A stretch of 63,340 nt of DNA, filler included, from Asterionella formosa (lineage: Eukaryota), in the NCBI GenBank assembly GCA_002256025.1. It is 2 parts of 2 records of this genome, joined end to end, with 100 filler letters (N's around TTAATTAATTAA, not from the genome) between each part and the next. Parts side by side here need not be neighbours in the genome. Positions count along the whole stretch, not along the records: positions 1 to 31,645 come from NKIB01000618.1; 1 more part is not named here. One strand, given 5' to 3'. A program made the translations under genes and the position numbers. This document shows, one piece after another, positions 1-11,098 of the stretch. The notes under the pieces were generated by a model. It was not told where the DNA came from. It did not search any database and worked only from the letters and a program-made list of their open reading frames with translations. Numbering within the stretch: position 1 is the first letter of the stretch; each line of letters starts with the position of its first letter.

Positions 1-459
1 TGTCTCTGCTTCTAGCCTTCCTGCTAGATAGACTAATTGACCTTCCTGTCAATTAACACACTGTTTCCTCGGTTGATAATCTAAATCTCAAATTAAATTA
101 TAAGCTAAACTAAATGTTTCCTTTCCATGCATCTTTGCTTCCTGCAAAGTCATTCTAAGACTCTCTTCGAGTTTCCACTTAACATTTCCATAGAAATCTT
201 CAATCTCTGATCTCGTTAGACAGCTGATTGACGTGGCAATGCAATATTCGACTCGTTCGATTACAATCGAGTCCACAATCCTTGTGACTCGGGCTAATAT
301 TCTTGACATGGGTGCACACTTGGACACGATTGGGTACCTGGTACCTGGTTGAGCCACCGTAGATCTACTAAAGGAAATTTCTATATATTACGATAAGCAG
401 CTATGTAGAGGTAAAAGGATTGATGCAACAGGAAACTCAACACCATCCACCATCATTCA

Positions 460-2130
460 TCACACCCCGAACAAACTTGCAGTCAAAGTCAAAAGCACAT
501 CGATGTGTCTTGAACTCATCAATGAGCCATGTCAATGCAACAGGGCCAAATTTGGAATAGCCTTGTTGAGTATGTTGGTCCACCCAACCAGAATCAATGA
601 TGGCATCATAAGCCATTAGGTACTAGTACTGATGAGCACACCATGCAAACTTTCATACTCTAACTGTGATGATTTGCTCTGAAAGACAATAGCGCACCCT
701 TGCATTGAACTTGTCCTTCCCATCTTCTCTTTCAAGCTCAAATTTCGGTATGCAACTTTGGAACAAGCCCACATGAACTCTATCCCTTCCCCTGCAAGGA
801 GTTCACCATGACATTTCAGTGTCAGGAGAACCGTGACACCAATCTTGGTTGCAATATATTGCAGCATGCCCTCTTCATTTAAAAAGTCAGCACACATTCC
901 CATCATGTGTCTCAAGCTGTTGAAATTGCTGACAATTCCGAGTTGCTTCTCTCTTCCCCCCAGTGAGTGTTTATTTGTTTAGGTTTGTTCTTGTGCCATC
1001 AATGAATCCTATTTCCCAAAGGACTTGCAGCAACCTCCCCCCTCCCTTGCTCTTCCTTCCCATCTTTCATGAACATTTTCAACAGTTTATGACTATAGGA
1101 ATTTCATGCAAAACACACAGTTGAACTACTAACTCCTTCTTGTTCTTCCCCCCCCCCTTGGTGTTGATCCCTTGCTTTTGTTGCTTTTCAGGTCTAATTC
1201 CGGCCCAAGGCTGAACGATTTCTTTCATTGGTAGATGTATTCCCTAATTGAATTTCATGACGTGTTGCTTCCCATTGTGTTGGCGACATCCAGAATGGAC
1301 CAACATGGCCATTTTTGAAATTCATTTGCTGTGTGTCTCCAACATTCAGGGTACATGGGAATGGGCCCAAAAACCTTGCTCCCTTTTAATGACCGTTTCT
1401 CTCATTACAGAGTACCTTTGTCCACCAAAAAATTTATTCATATCGAGCTGATTGAAGCCATCAATTTGTTGCTTGGAGTGACCAGCACTGTGATCAAATA
1501 GAAAGACAAAGTTGAATGTGGTGTAGAGCACCTGCAGAACATCAACAGCATCTTCGAACTGGAGCACTGCCATGTGGGCGTATTTCCAGTATCCCTCTCG
1601 GTTTTCTCCATATTCAATCACAATAACAGCAAGCAAATGGAGACTTTTCTGCTGCTGTCAATGCTTTCTTTTGTCATCTACCTTACACTTAAATTGCAGC
1701 TTCCTCGTCTGCATAGCTCTTCCCAAGGCAACAGAGGTTTTTCAGCAAGGATATTCATTTTTATCTGTTGGAGTCGCCCATGCTCCTGACAGAGATATGC
1801 AGAAATCATTGAGCCTGTACTACCTGCATCCTTTGGAAGTGGTCATGGCCGCTCTCCCTTAGTAGGACCAACTCACATCTTGGATAAAAATAGAAACTGT
1901 TCATATACAGTCTCATATTGTCCAATGAACATTACAGGTCTAGATTCCGAATCTTTCTTCACACTTAGGTTGCCTCCAAAAGGGAGCTCATCTATCATAC
2001 ATTGAATCTTGTAGCTTGTTGCATCAACATGGTACTACTCAACCATCTCAACTCCATCATCATCAGTGTTATAGTAAAAACCAAAATTCTCTGCAATATC
2101 ACCATTGCTTTCAAATAGCTTAGAATATAC
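460..2130 (-). mobile_element. Degenerate DDE transposase-like remnant (probably IS630/Tc1-related eukaryotic family); boundaries approximate
   Basis: Frame-broken minus-strand fragments read EYGENREGYW...FVFLFDHSAGHSK (1346-1636), LKCHGELLAGEGIEFMWACSK (616-915; resembles the P-x-x-H-x-E-L-x-x-I-E-x-x-W motif) and KTHRCAFDFD (~485-515). There are many stops and frameshifts. Confidence 0.55.
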
Positions 2131-4071
2131 CTTGATAATTTGAATCCATCTGTGTGTGCACAAATCAAAGGAAAGGTATTTGTTTCGAAAGATAAGCCTG
2201 TATGCTATTGTTTCAGGTCTCTCATGACCACCAACAAAGTAACAACACTACTGCTGTCTGCTAACAGTACTAGTAGTCATTTATTGTCAACATACTATAT
2301 ACATGTTGATATACACCAGTATATTGAGTGATGCTCAATTTAATCCTACATACCGGTATGAGCATAACAGGAATACATGGTACCAGGGGAGTTGGGAGGT
2401 AAAAGACGGCTTTTAATATAAGAAAAACGTAGCTAAATTACTCATTTACCGCAACTTGCAGGTACCTGTTACCGCATACCATAGTCTGTAGCAGCAGTCT
2501 ACATGATCATATTCATGTTTTAGTATAATTTATGTGTTCTAAACCAAAATTTAATTCACTTCTGATTAAATGGTTTATGTGATGCAACCAATGTGGTGGT
2601 GTTGGTGTTTGTGTTATTGTCATTGCATTCATCCATGACAAACATGAAATCGAAGTCCATTGTGCAGTGATGGGTGTGAAATCGTTGTTGTATCTTCATT
2701 GCAACTACTGTATGATCTTATTTGAGACATTCCTGTACAGTTTCAACTCCAGCTTGCCCACTATCAAGCTCAAGAGTATGAAACCATTGGTCAGGTAGGT
2801 GTGGATCTCTGTGCCCTGCTACACAAAAAGTTCATACTATGTAAAGCAAATTGTGTCGTCCTGTGCCGCTTCCAGTGTTTAATAGTAGCACTAATCATGA
2901 AGGAAAGAAAGCTATTTGAAGCAGCACAGGAGGATGTTCTATTGTTGAGTAAAGCAACAGAATATTAACAACATGGTGGATGTGATTATAACATGCCAAT
3001 CCAGGCGCAAAATATTATACAACATAGGTTGGGTTTATGCTAATACTGGGCCTACATGCACGGCGGATGTACCCGGTGGCCCCAAAAATCATTGCATCCA
3101 GCCATAAACAAGGGTCATTCAGAAAATCTATTCTTATTTGCAAGTTAAGTCGTTGTCATCAAATTCTAGTCGCCTTTAGCACGCAAGGTCGAGTCGCTCG
3201 CAGTCAGCAAGTTCTGGTCATAGTCAGCAAATTCTAGTCATTGTCAGCAAGTTCCAAACATAGAAAGGTAGGATTCCTATGTGGATTCAGAAGACGGTTT
3301 GCTTACTGAACCCGATCATCACTCAGCAAATCAGAGTCGTGTTCAGAGACTGACTCTGCAAATCGTCATCGGTCAATAAGTAAAGTTTTCCTAAATTACT
3401 TGAAGAATTGTTTTCATCTGAAAGCTGTCCGGCAGGCATGAGACGATCCTCTGGGACTGTGTCGAAACTGAAAAGGTGCGCATAAAACGTGCACTACCAG
3501 ACCTTCCTGATTTACAGGTACATCTGTTCATCATACATAGACCTACATACCCGTATTATGCATACCTCAAGTTTTCTGATCCCCCCAAATACCGGTACCG
3601 GTATACTAACAACGGAAGCCACAATGAGAAGCCATTTTGTTTGCTTTCTATGATGCCAACTAATATGAAGCTATCAGCGAGCAGTCCATCCTCAACTTCA
3701 AGGAGCAGAACAGGATCCACGAACATACTATCCCTTCAGTCTTATGTCGTATACAAAAAAATCGAGGAATTCTTTGGCATCATGATTGTTTGACATCACT
3801 TCATTTCTATCTAAAATGTTTAACATGTACTCATAGTTTGTTGCAGCACTCAAACAATTGCGGTGGAAACTCACAAATTGACTCCTTCATTGACCATATT
3901 GTCGACTTCTTGGGATGATGTAAGTAGAATACCGTTGATAGACAATGAAATGCCTAGCAGGACGTCGTGATCCACTATCCATGTGTGTACCTTGATTTGA
4001 CGAACCTCATAATTCTCGTAGCCCTAACATGACACTCCTCCTTTCATCTTTTGTCGCAAAACAGAAAGACT

Positions 4072-6502
4072 ATGTGGACTCCCCCTCCCACGCTTGTGGA
4101 CGAGGCCAATGAAACTACCTCACTTCTCAGGACCAGTCAGAAACAAATGACGTCAAATGACAACGATGACCATGAAGTGGTCACCATCATTTACAGGTTG
4201 TTTACTGTTCCACACCGTTACCACCAGCACCCTAAGACTATTCCCGCACTGTGCCCTGAGTTTCGAGGCCGTCGCCATCGTAATCTAAACGTTTGGCGAC
4301 TTAACGAATTTCGTCACTGGTGGAAGTCCAGTCGTTTGTTGGTTAGACTGGTCGGGAGCTACGAATGGTGCCACGATGTTGTTCACTGGACCTTGATGGC
4401 GACTTTCAAAGTGACTAAGCAAAAGGGGGCAAAACATGCTTTCAGACAGTATAAAGCAATAGGTCGGGGCGGCCCGAACACTGACTTTTTATCCGATGTC
4501 AAGCCTTTTACTAGAAGTATTCGTATTATCCTTGCTGTGTCTCGTGCATTGGAAGCAAGAGTGGACAATCGCTTGACTGAAGTGGGCATGGCCGAAGCCA
4601 TGGCATTCATGGGAAATCGCTGCTTTCGTCATTGGGCGCGTTTTTTTGCGGATGCAGCGACAAAGCATGCAGCCTTTCCGATCAGTGCCAAGTATATTGC
4701 TCCATTTCTGGACCAGAGGAGCCGACCTGTGATTGTGTTCATGGGTGTGGTGAGTAATGCAAAGCTTCAACAGATGCTAAAGTTGCGGCGTTGACTCAAT
4801 TACACTAACCAATCACCCATTTCAGCTTCGAGCCATCCTTCCCTTTGCGTCCTCCTTTCAAGGAAGTGCTTTCGGTCGCAAACTCACGTTTAATACCTTT
4901 AGTGCCTTCAACTATCGTTGGAGACCTGTACAAGGAATATTTCATTTCCACGAAAAGTCAGGTTCATACCAAGACGTTGACCCTGACCAGGAGCTCTTTA
5001 AATGTGCATGTCAGGTGGCTGTGGCTATTGGTCATGGTGTGGACCCAACCGAGACACGCGCAAACCTTAAGTCACTTGATTTTCATGTGATAGGGGCTGG
5101 TTCTGGAGGATACGCCAGATATCAAAAGTCGACTGCAGGGATTATTATTGTACTTCACGTCACGCCGTATGGTCCTAGTGTGCTTGACGAAATGCCCCGC
5201 TACATAATTATCGAGCGCTTCAGAACCTTGGGTGCTTCCAACAATGCCATTGTCAATGCCGCCATCACTTCCGAGGCGGAGCTCCAAGGCTTTACCTATA
5301 GTGGTGCTTTCTTTACAAGTCAAGAGTGGGCAGCCCTCAAAAAACGGTTCGACGATGAGTTGTTCGACTACAATAATGCGTGTCGAATCATGGGAACACC
5401 AGGCTCTCACATTGATAGCACAAAATTACAGCATAATGAGATTGCCTTCCCTCCAACGGACTTGCTCACTTTGAAGACATTCATTCGCACTGGGCAGGCT
5501 CCTCGGCAACGTAGAAAATCAGATAGACGCTGGCACCAGATCAGAAAGAAAGTTAACGAGATGGCCAAGTTGTTGCAAACCTATCAACAAGACAACAAAG
5601 CTCCCGCGGGCATTATTTTGTACATGGAGGGCTTGGACTGTGCGGGCAAGTCTAGCACTGGTGGTCTTATCATGGACGCTTTGGAACAGAGTGGATACGC
5701 GGTTGACATGCGACAGCACAACACTCCTCCCACCGAGGAGCAAAAAATGCAGGCATGGATGAAACGCTTTGAAACACCTTTCGAAGTAAACCCAGATGCT
5801 CGCTATTCAGCCCTTATTTGGGATCGCGGTCCAAGCGGCGACTTTGTTTATGGCAACTTGGATAAACTTCCATTGAACCAAAAACTGGAACGTTATCAGG
5901 AATTTTGTGATTTCGACATGAATTGTCAGCAGAGGAATATCCTCTTTTGCAAGTTGTTGTTTGTCAGCGATAAGGATTCCATCGCATCCACACTGGGCAA
6001 GCGTCTTGCTCACAAAAAGATTGCTCGCGACTTGAGAACATGGCTAGACGCCAACTCCATTCCAACGACCCGTGAAGGACTAGATGCCATTGAAGCACAT
6101 ATCGATCCCACTGATTTTGTCGCTTTCAACAAGTTTTATGAAAATCTTTCCAAGTTTTCTGAATTTTCTCGTAACACAGACACCGATTCACTTGGTGGAG
6201 GGAAGAAAAATGGCTATGACAATCCGTGGCTGGTCGTTAGTACCAGCAAACGCCATCCTGCACGCCTGGGCTTAATGGCTAACTTTGAGAAGCAGCTGAA
6301 GAATTTCTCCCGGCAGGCAATCGTCAAGTCAGCTGAGGCAAATTTTGACCCCGAATCGATGCCGTTGCGTCGCTCTGTTCCAAGTAATATTGTTGAAGAG
6401 AGGGAACATGGAATTTCCTCGCGAGCCATCTTGCAGTCCCTCTTGTTGCTTTTTGTGGTATACGCTTATGCACATCAGACTTGGACATTTGGTTGGGATT
6501 AG
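4072..6502 (+). CDS. PPK2: Polyphosphate kinase 2 (PPK2)-domain protein with a long unknown N-terminal region and a C-terminal TM helix. Exons 4072-4749 and 4826-6502; a small upstream exon 3945-3982 with intron 3983-4064 is possible.
   Basis: Intron 4750-4825 (GTGAGT...CTAAC...TTCAG, phase 0) joins ORFs 4051..4794 and 5015..6502 in frame. PPK2 motifs: Walker A EGLDCAGKSST, PTEEQK..WMKRF, Walker B WDRG, DPTDF, TDT...PWLVV...ARL. Hydrophobic tail AILQSLLLLFVVYAYA. Confidence 0.85.
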
Positions 6503-6547
6503 TATAGTCTAATGAGGTAGAAAAAGTTTAAGTTCATATTGATTCGT

Positions 6548-7246
6548 TTATAAGACTTTCTCGTCGATCCAAAGGTTTATGATACTAGCGACCTCACTGT
6601 CGCTTTTGCCCTCGACCTCGGTTACGGTGACTGGACCAAACGGCCCATCTGGATCTGAGTGCCGGGCAGCGATCCGAAATGAATCATGAATGCAATCTAA
6701 CCTAGTTGATAGTACCATTATGGGAAGCACTCCAGGCTCGAGCAGAAGGGGACGATCCTCCGCGCCTAAGCGAATGCGATCTAGAAGTTGCTGTTGAATA
6801 GCGTCGTGTCGATAGACTGACTTGAGATCACAGGCACTAGTTTGCGTAATTTCAACTGGATCAACCATGACAAGGCCACTCAGTGGCAAACTTTCGAGAT
6901 AGTATAATGCAAGCCAGGAAATCAAAGGGCCTTTCGAAATGAGAACAACATTCATTTCAGAGGCCAAATCTTCCTTCATTTCATCAAGACCTGCCGTCAA
7001 AGAAGTGAACTTACGAAGCTCCATACATCGAAACTGGATTCCGTAATTTTCAGGAAACCTTCGACTGAATGTGCGCTGCCAAGAAGCACCATCATAAAAG
7101 CTTCGATCATCCGCCGACACAACCATGCAGGGCCTTTCTCGGATATCGGAATCCAGAGGTACATCTACGGTCAATGTCATCAGGCTTCTACAGGAAGGAA
7201 TAGCGCAGGATCTTTTGACCATCTCGAGTTGGAGGTGGCGCTGCAT
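6548..7246 (-). CDS. Hypothetical protein, alpha/beta-hydrolase-like fold
   Basis: Open 232-aa ORF convergent with PPK2. The segment VVLISKGPLISWLALYYLESLPLSGLVMVDP matches the nucleophile-elbow strand-helix-strand pattern, but lacks a canonical GxSxG. Confidence 0.55.
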   Translation of the reverse strand: MQRHLQLEMVKRSCAIPSCRSLMTLTVDVPLDSDIRERPCMVVSADDRSFYDGASWQRTFSRRFPENYGIQFRCMELRKFTSLTAGLDEMKEDLASEMNVVLISKGPLISWLALYYLESLPLSGLVMVDPVEITQTSACDLKSVYRHDAIQQQLLDRIRLGAEDRPLLLEPGVLPIMVLSTRLDCIHDSFRIAARHSDPDGPFGPVTVTEVEGKSDSEVASIINLWIDEKVL

Positions 7247-8470
7247 TGTTGAAACATTTCCAAGTAGTAGACTTATGGAAATGTTGTCGTGTGCACCTTT
7301 GTCGTCATCAAGAAGGAACAGAGAATATAAGAAATGTTAGAAAGTCGAACACAAGGAACATGCAAGGCAATTCTTGTTTTTGGATGAGTGATATATGATC
7401 TTGAAATCCAATCTAATACGGAGTACCAGATACCTGTTACCCAACCGTGGTACCACGTACTGCTAAATATTTACCGATACCGTACTCACCGTTATGTTCT
7501 TGTGCAACCAGGGTACCAGGTACCAGATACCAGTAAAGACCTGATGTGACCCACTGAGCAAACTGGAGAAAAACACGGTTTGCCCCCACCAAATGCGTAT
7601 CATAAAAGTTAATTTTAAAACTTTGACCCAAATCCTGAGAATGTACCACAGAAAAACTTCCTGGAGTTGTGCATGAAGAATCACAAAGTGAAATATTATT
7701 GCTGACAATGGAAGGTATAGAAAATTAGCTACAGATATAGCAGAAACAATCATGATTCTTCCATTACTACTATGATTACATCTACAAGTTCTAGTCTAAC
7801 TCCTACTACCAGCACCACTACAGCATCAACTGAAAGCAGCACCACCATACTTCCACTACATCACTGCCCTGCTATCATGGTGATTGTCCAAAGGGAACAA
7901 GAACCACAGTAGCCAGCTCCATAATAGAACATCAATTGTTTCTCCAAATTGACATCATGACACCATTTGATTGAAGTTCCAGTATAGCCATTGTGATTTT
8001 CTTTACAATCAAAGTAACCAGACCAAGAAGGGAGGATTCTTTTGGAAAGGGGTTTCTCTTTTTCAGTTCCATGTATATCAATTGCTACTTCCTTGTTAGA
8101 ATAATTTGGGCCTAGTCTGTTGCTCTTGACTGTATGAAAAAATATAATCATCAGTGTGTCAGAGCAAATCATGTGCTCTAGTAATTAGCTAACTTGAGCT
8201 TAGCCTAGCTTGTTCCTATTGATTGTCAACAGAATATTATCATCAGTGTGTCGGAGAAAATCATGTTCTCTTTTAATTAATTAACTGCTCTTTTAATTAA
8301 TTAACTGCTCATCATTAAATCAGTAGCCTCATCCGTTGTTAGTAGGGGTCTCTTACTCGGCATTCTTGGCACCTATCCTCATTTTGGTATTTAACGAAAA
8401 CTGTTTGATATTGTTTGATTCTTGCTGCTGTCCAGCAATCATAACAGCTTGCGCTTCATTGTTCTTCGCT

Positions 8471-8490
8471 CACACACACACACACACACA
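8471..8490. repeat. (CA)10 microsatellite
   Basis: Read directly from the sequence. Confidence 0.95.
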
Positions 8491-9424
8491 AAGTCGGTAG
8501 AAGAGCGTGTCTGGAGATCCATGAACTATATCTGCTTGTTAAATCATGAAATACAGCTGACATAATTTGGTGTTAGTACTCAATCAAACAGAATCCAAAA
8601 CAGAATCTCAATTACAACTGAGCAGCTGAACCTGCGAGAAGGCCTTTCTAGAACCCTTACAAATAAAATTGTTGAGAAGATGGCTGGCTGTGCAGACCAG
8701 CATGCCAACAGGAAAAGAAAGCAAACAGCAAAAGCTGCAATCGACACTCATAAATGAATGAAAGCAGGACCTCACTTTGCTGTTGGAAACACAACCCAAA
8801 AACAAATATTTTTAGTGGAGTATTATCGAAAATGACTATTATTATGGGAATAAAACATCGAAAGGGACAATAAATAAAGGGTAGTTAAAGTTAGATCTAG
8901 TGGCACCTGAGAACAAGCTACAATAACCTTTGCACTTGCTTCAACATCACCATGCAATCGGACTAAAATAATTTGAGTTGTAACGACATGGGGTGAAAAA
9001 TAAGGATGACTCTCAGGTTGGTACAATTGTTCGCTCTGTCCATCGGGCTCTTGTTCGAGTTTGCAAATGGAAAGTGCTGCATGTGAACATACTACCGGTA
9101 TGTATGAACCACAATGAAGAGTAGACTATATCGGTAATACGGTAATCATATACCAGTAGATGGTTGTTGTACATAACAATTCTATTCTGTATATACAGTA
9201 CTAAATATTTAGAATACCAGAAAAGGCTTGTTCTCAAATCTACTTTTTGACTAAATCGACTACTGCTAGGGTCATTTCCTTGTAAAATATTTTAGGTACG
9301 ACCAGTGCAGCATTGCTTATTCTATGTTCGGCTCTTATCTACATATGTGCATATAGCTACCTAGCTATATACCGATATTTCGCATCTAACAAGCAAGGAA
9401 GCACAAAAATCAAATAATCCAACA

Positions 9425-10878
9425 ATGGTGGCATCGGCAGTCTTCATAACTGACCTCTCTGGCAAGTCAATCATCGCCAGAAATTACCGAGGAGATGTGC
9501 CTTTGACCAAAGCGTTGGAGCGATTCAGCAAATATCTCACGGAAGTTGACGATGAACAGAAGAAGCCTGTATTTCACGTCGACGATAGCGGCGACACCCT
9601 CTTGGGAGAGGATGTCGGTTGCACCGGACCCGGAGGTGAAACTTACATTTATGTCCAAGTGAGTGAAATTGGAACTGTTTTTGCGGGTCTCAATACCTCT
9701 CTTTGCCTGTATTTGTTATATTCCTAACCTTATTTGATCGTCAGCATAACAATCTTTACTTGGCAGCGGTTACTCGCAAGAATTCCAATGTTGCACTCAT
9801 CCTTACGTTCCTTTACCGGTTAGCTGGTGTCTTCAAGGATTATTTCGGCAACATCGAGGAAGAATCTATTCGGGATAACTTTGTCATCATTTATGAATTG
9901 CTAGATGAAACAATGGACCATGGACTTCCTCAGTCTCTTGATAGTACAATCCTTAGAAGCTTCATCACTCAAGAAGGTAACCGAATGAAGGAAGATGACA
10001 AGTCCAAGCCACCAGTTGCTTTGACGAACGCTGTCAGCTGGAGAGCAGAGGGAATCAAGCACAAGAAGAATGAGATATTTTTGGATGTTGTTGAAAAGCT
10101 CAACCTCCTTGTGGCTGCCAATGGTACTGTTTTGCATTCGGAGATTAACGGGGCTGTTAAAATGAAGTCTTTCTTGTCTGGTATGCCAGAACTAAAGCTT
10201 GGTTTGAATGATAAGCTAATGTTTGAAGCTACTGGTCGAAACAACCAGGCTAGAACTGGAAAAGCCGTCGAGCTAGAAGATATCAAATTTCACCAATGTG
10301 TCCGATTGGCTCGATTCGAAAATGACAGAACGATCTCCTTCATTCCTCCTGATGGTGAATTTGACTTAATGACCTATCGATTGAATACTCATGTCAAACC
10401 TTTGATTTGGGTTGAAGCTGTGGTAGAGCCACATAAGGGATCTCGCATTGAGTACATGATCAAGACACGGTCTCAGTTTAAGTCTCGATCTGTCGCCAAC
10501 AACGTTGAAATTATCATTCCTGTTCCCCCTGACGTTGACTCACCTTCCTTCAAGTCTAGTGTTGGTTCTGTAACGTATCTTCCTGATAAAGATTCAGTAG
10601 TTTGGACCATTAAGCAGTTCCATGGTGGACGCGAGTATTTGATGCGAGCCCACTTTGGCCTGCCGTCTATATCTGCCGCTGACGTAGATGCAGATCCAAA
10701 GAAGAAAGGCGAAAATGCCTGGAAGGCACCCATTCGCGTCAAGTTTGAGATTCCATACTTCACTGTAAGCGGCATTCAAGTCCGTTACCTGAAAATTATT
10801 GAAAAATCGGGTTACGCAGCACTCCCTTGGGTCCGCTACATAACTGCCAATGGTGATTATCAGTTACGCATGGCATAA
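9425..10878 (+). CDS. AP1M1: AP-1 adaptor complex mu subunit; exons 9425-9658 and 9745-10878
   Basis: N-terminus MVASAVFITDLSGKSIIARNYRGD. Motifs IEEESIRDNFVIIYELLDE, VSWRAEGIKHKKNEIFLDVVE, FHQCVRL, SFIPPDGEF and C-terminal LPWVRYITANGDYQLR. Intron 9659-9744 (GTGAGT...CTAAC...CAG, phase 0). Confidence 0.95.
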
Positions 10879-11098
10879 TCGTGCTGGTTTGATACACATA
10901 AACCTAATACGTAATAATAAACTATAGTGGATGATCAAAATATACCCCCTGGAAAAAGACCATGCAGCACTAGAAAGATGGGAATTGTCACTCTCAAGGC
11001 AATCTAAACCACATAAGCTGATGTCAACTGTTGGCCCAACAAAAGGGGGCGTGATTAGTTTCATGTCTACCTGTGCCTTCGCGACCCTATATGTAAAT

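Noticed and set aside
4051..6502. Bacterial contamination or a prokaryotic operon as the source of PPK2
   Set aside because: The gene has a canonical spliceosomal intron and lies on the same contig segment as clearly eukaryotic genes.
7700..8310. Cys/Gly-rich short ORF 7861..8172 and small local duplications
   Set aside because: Too short and degenerate to assign; may be a gene or TE fragment, but the sequence alone does not support a call.
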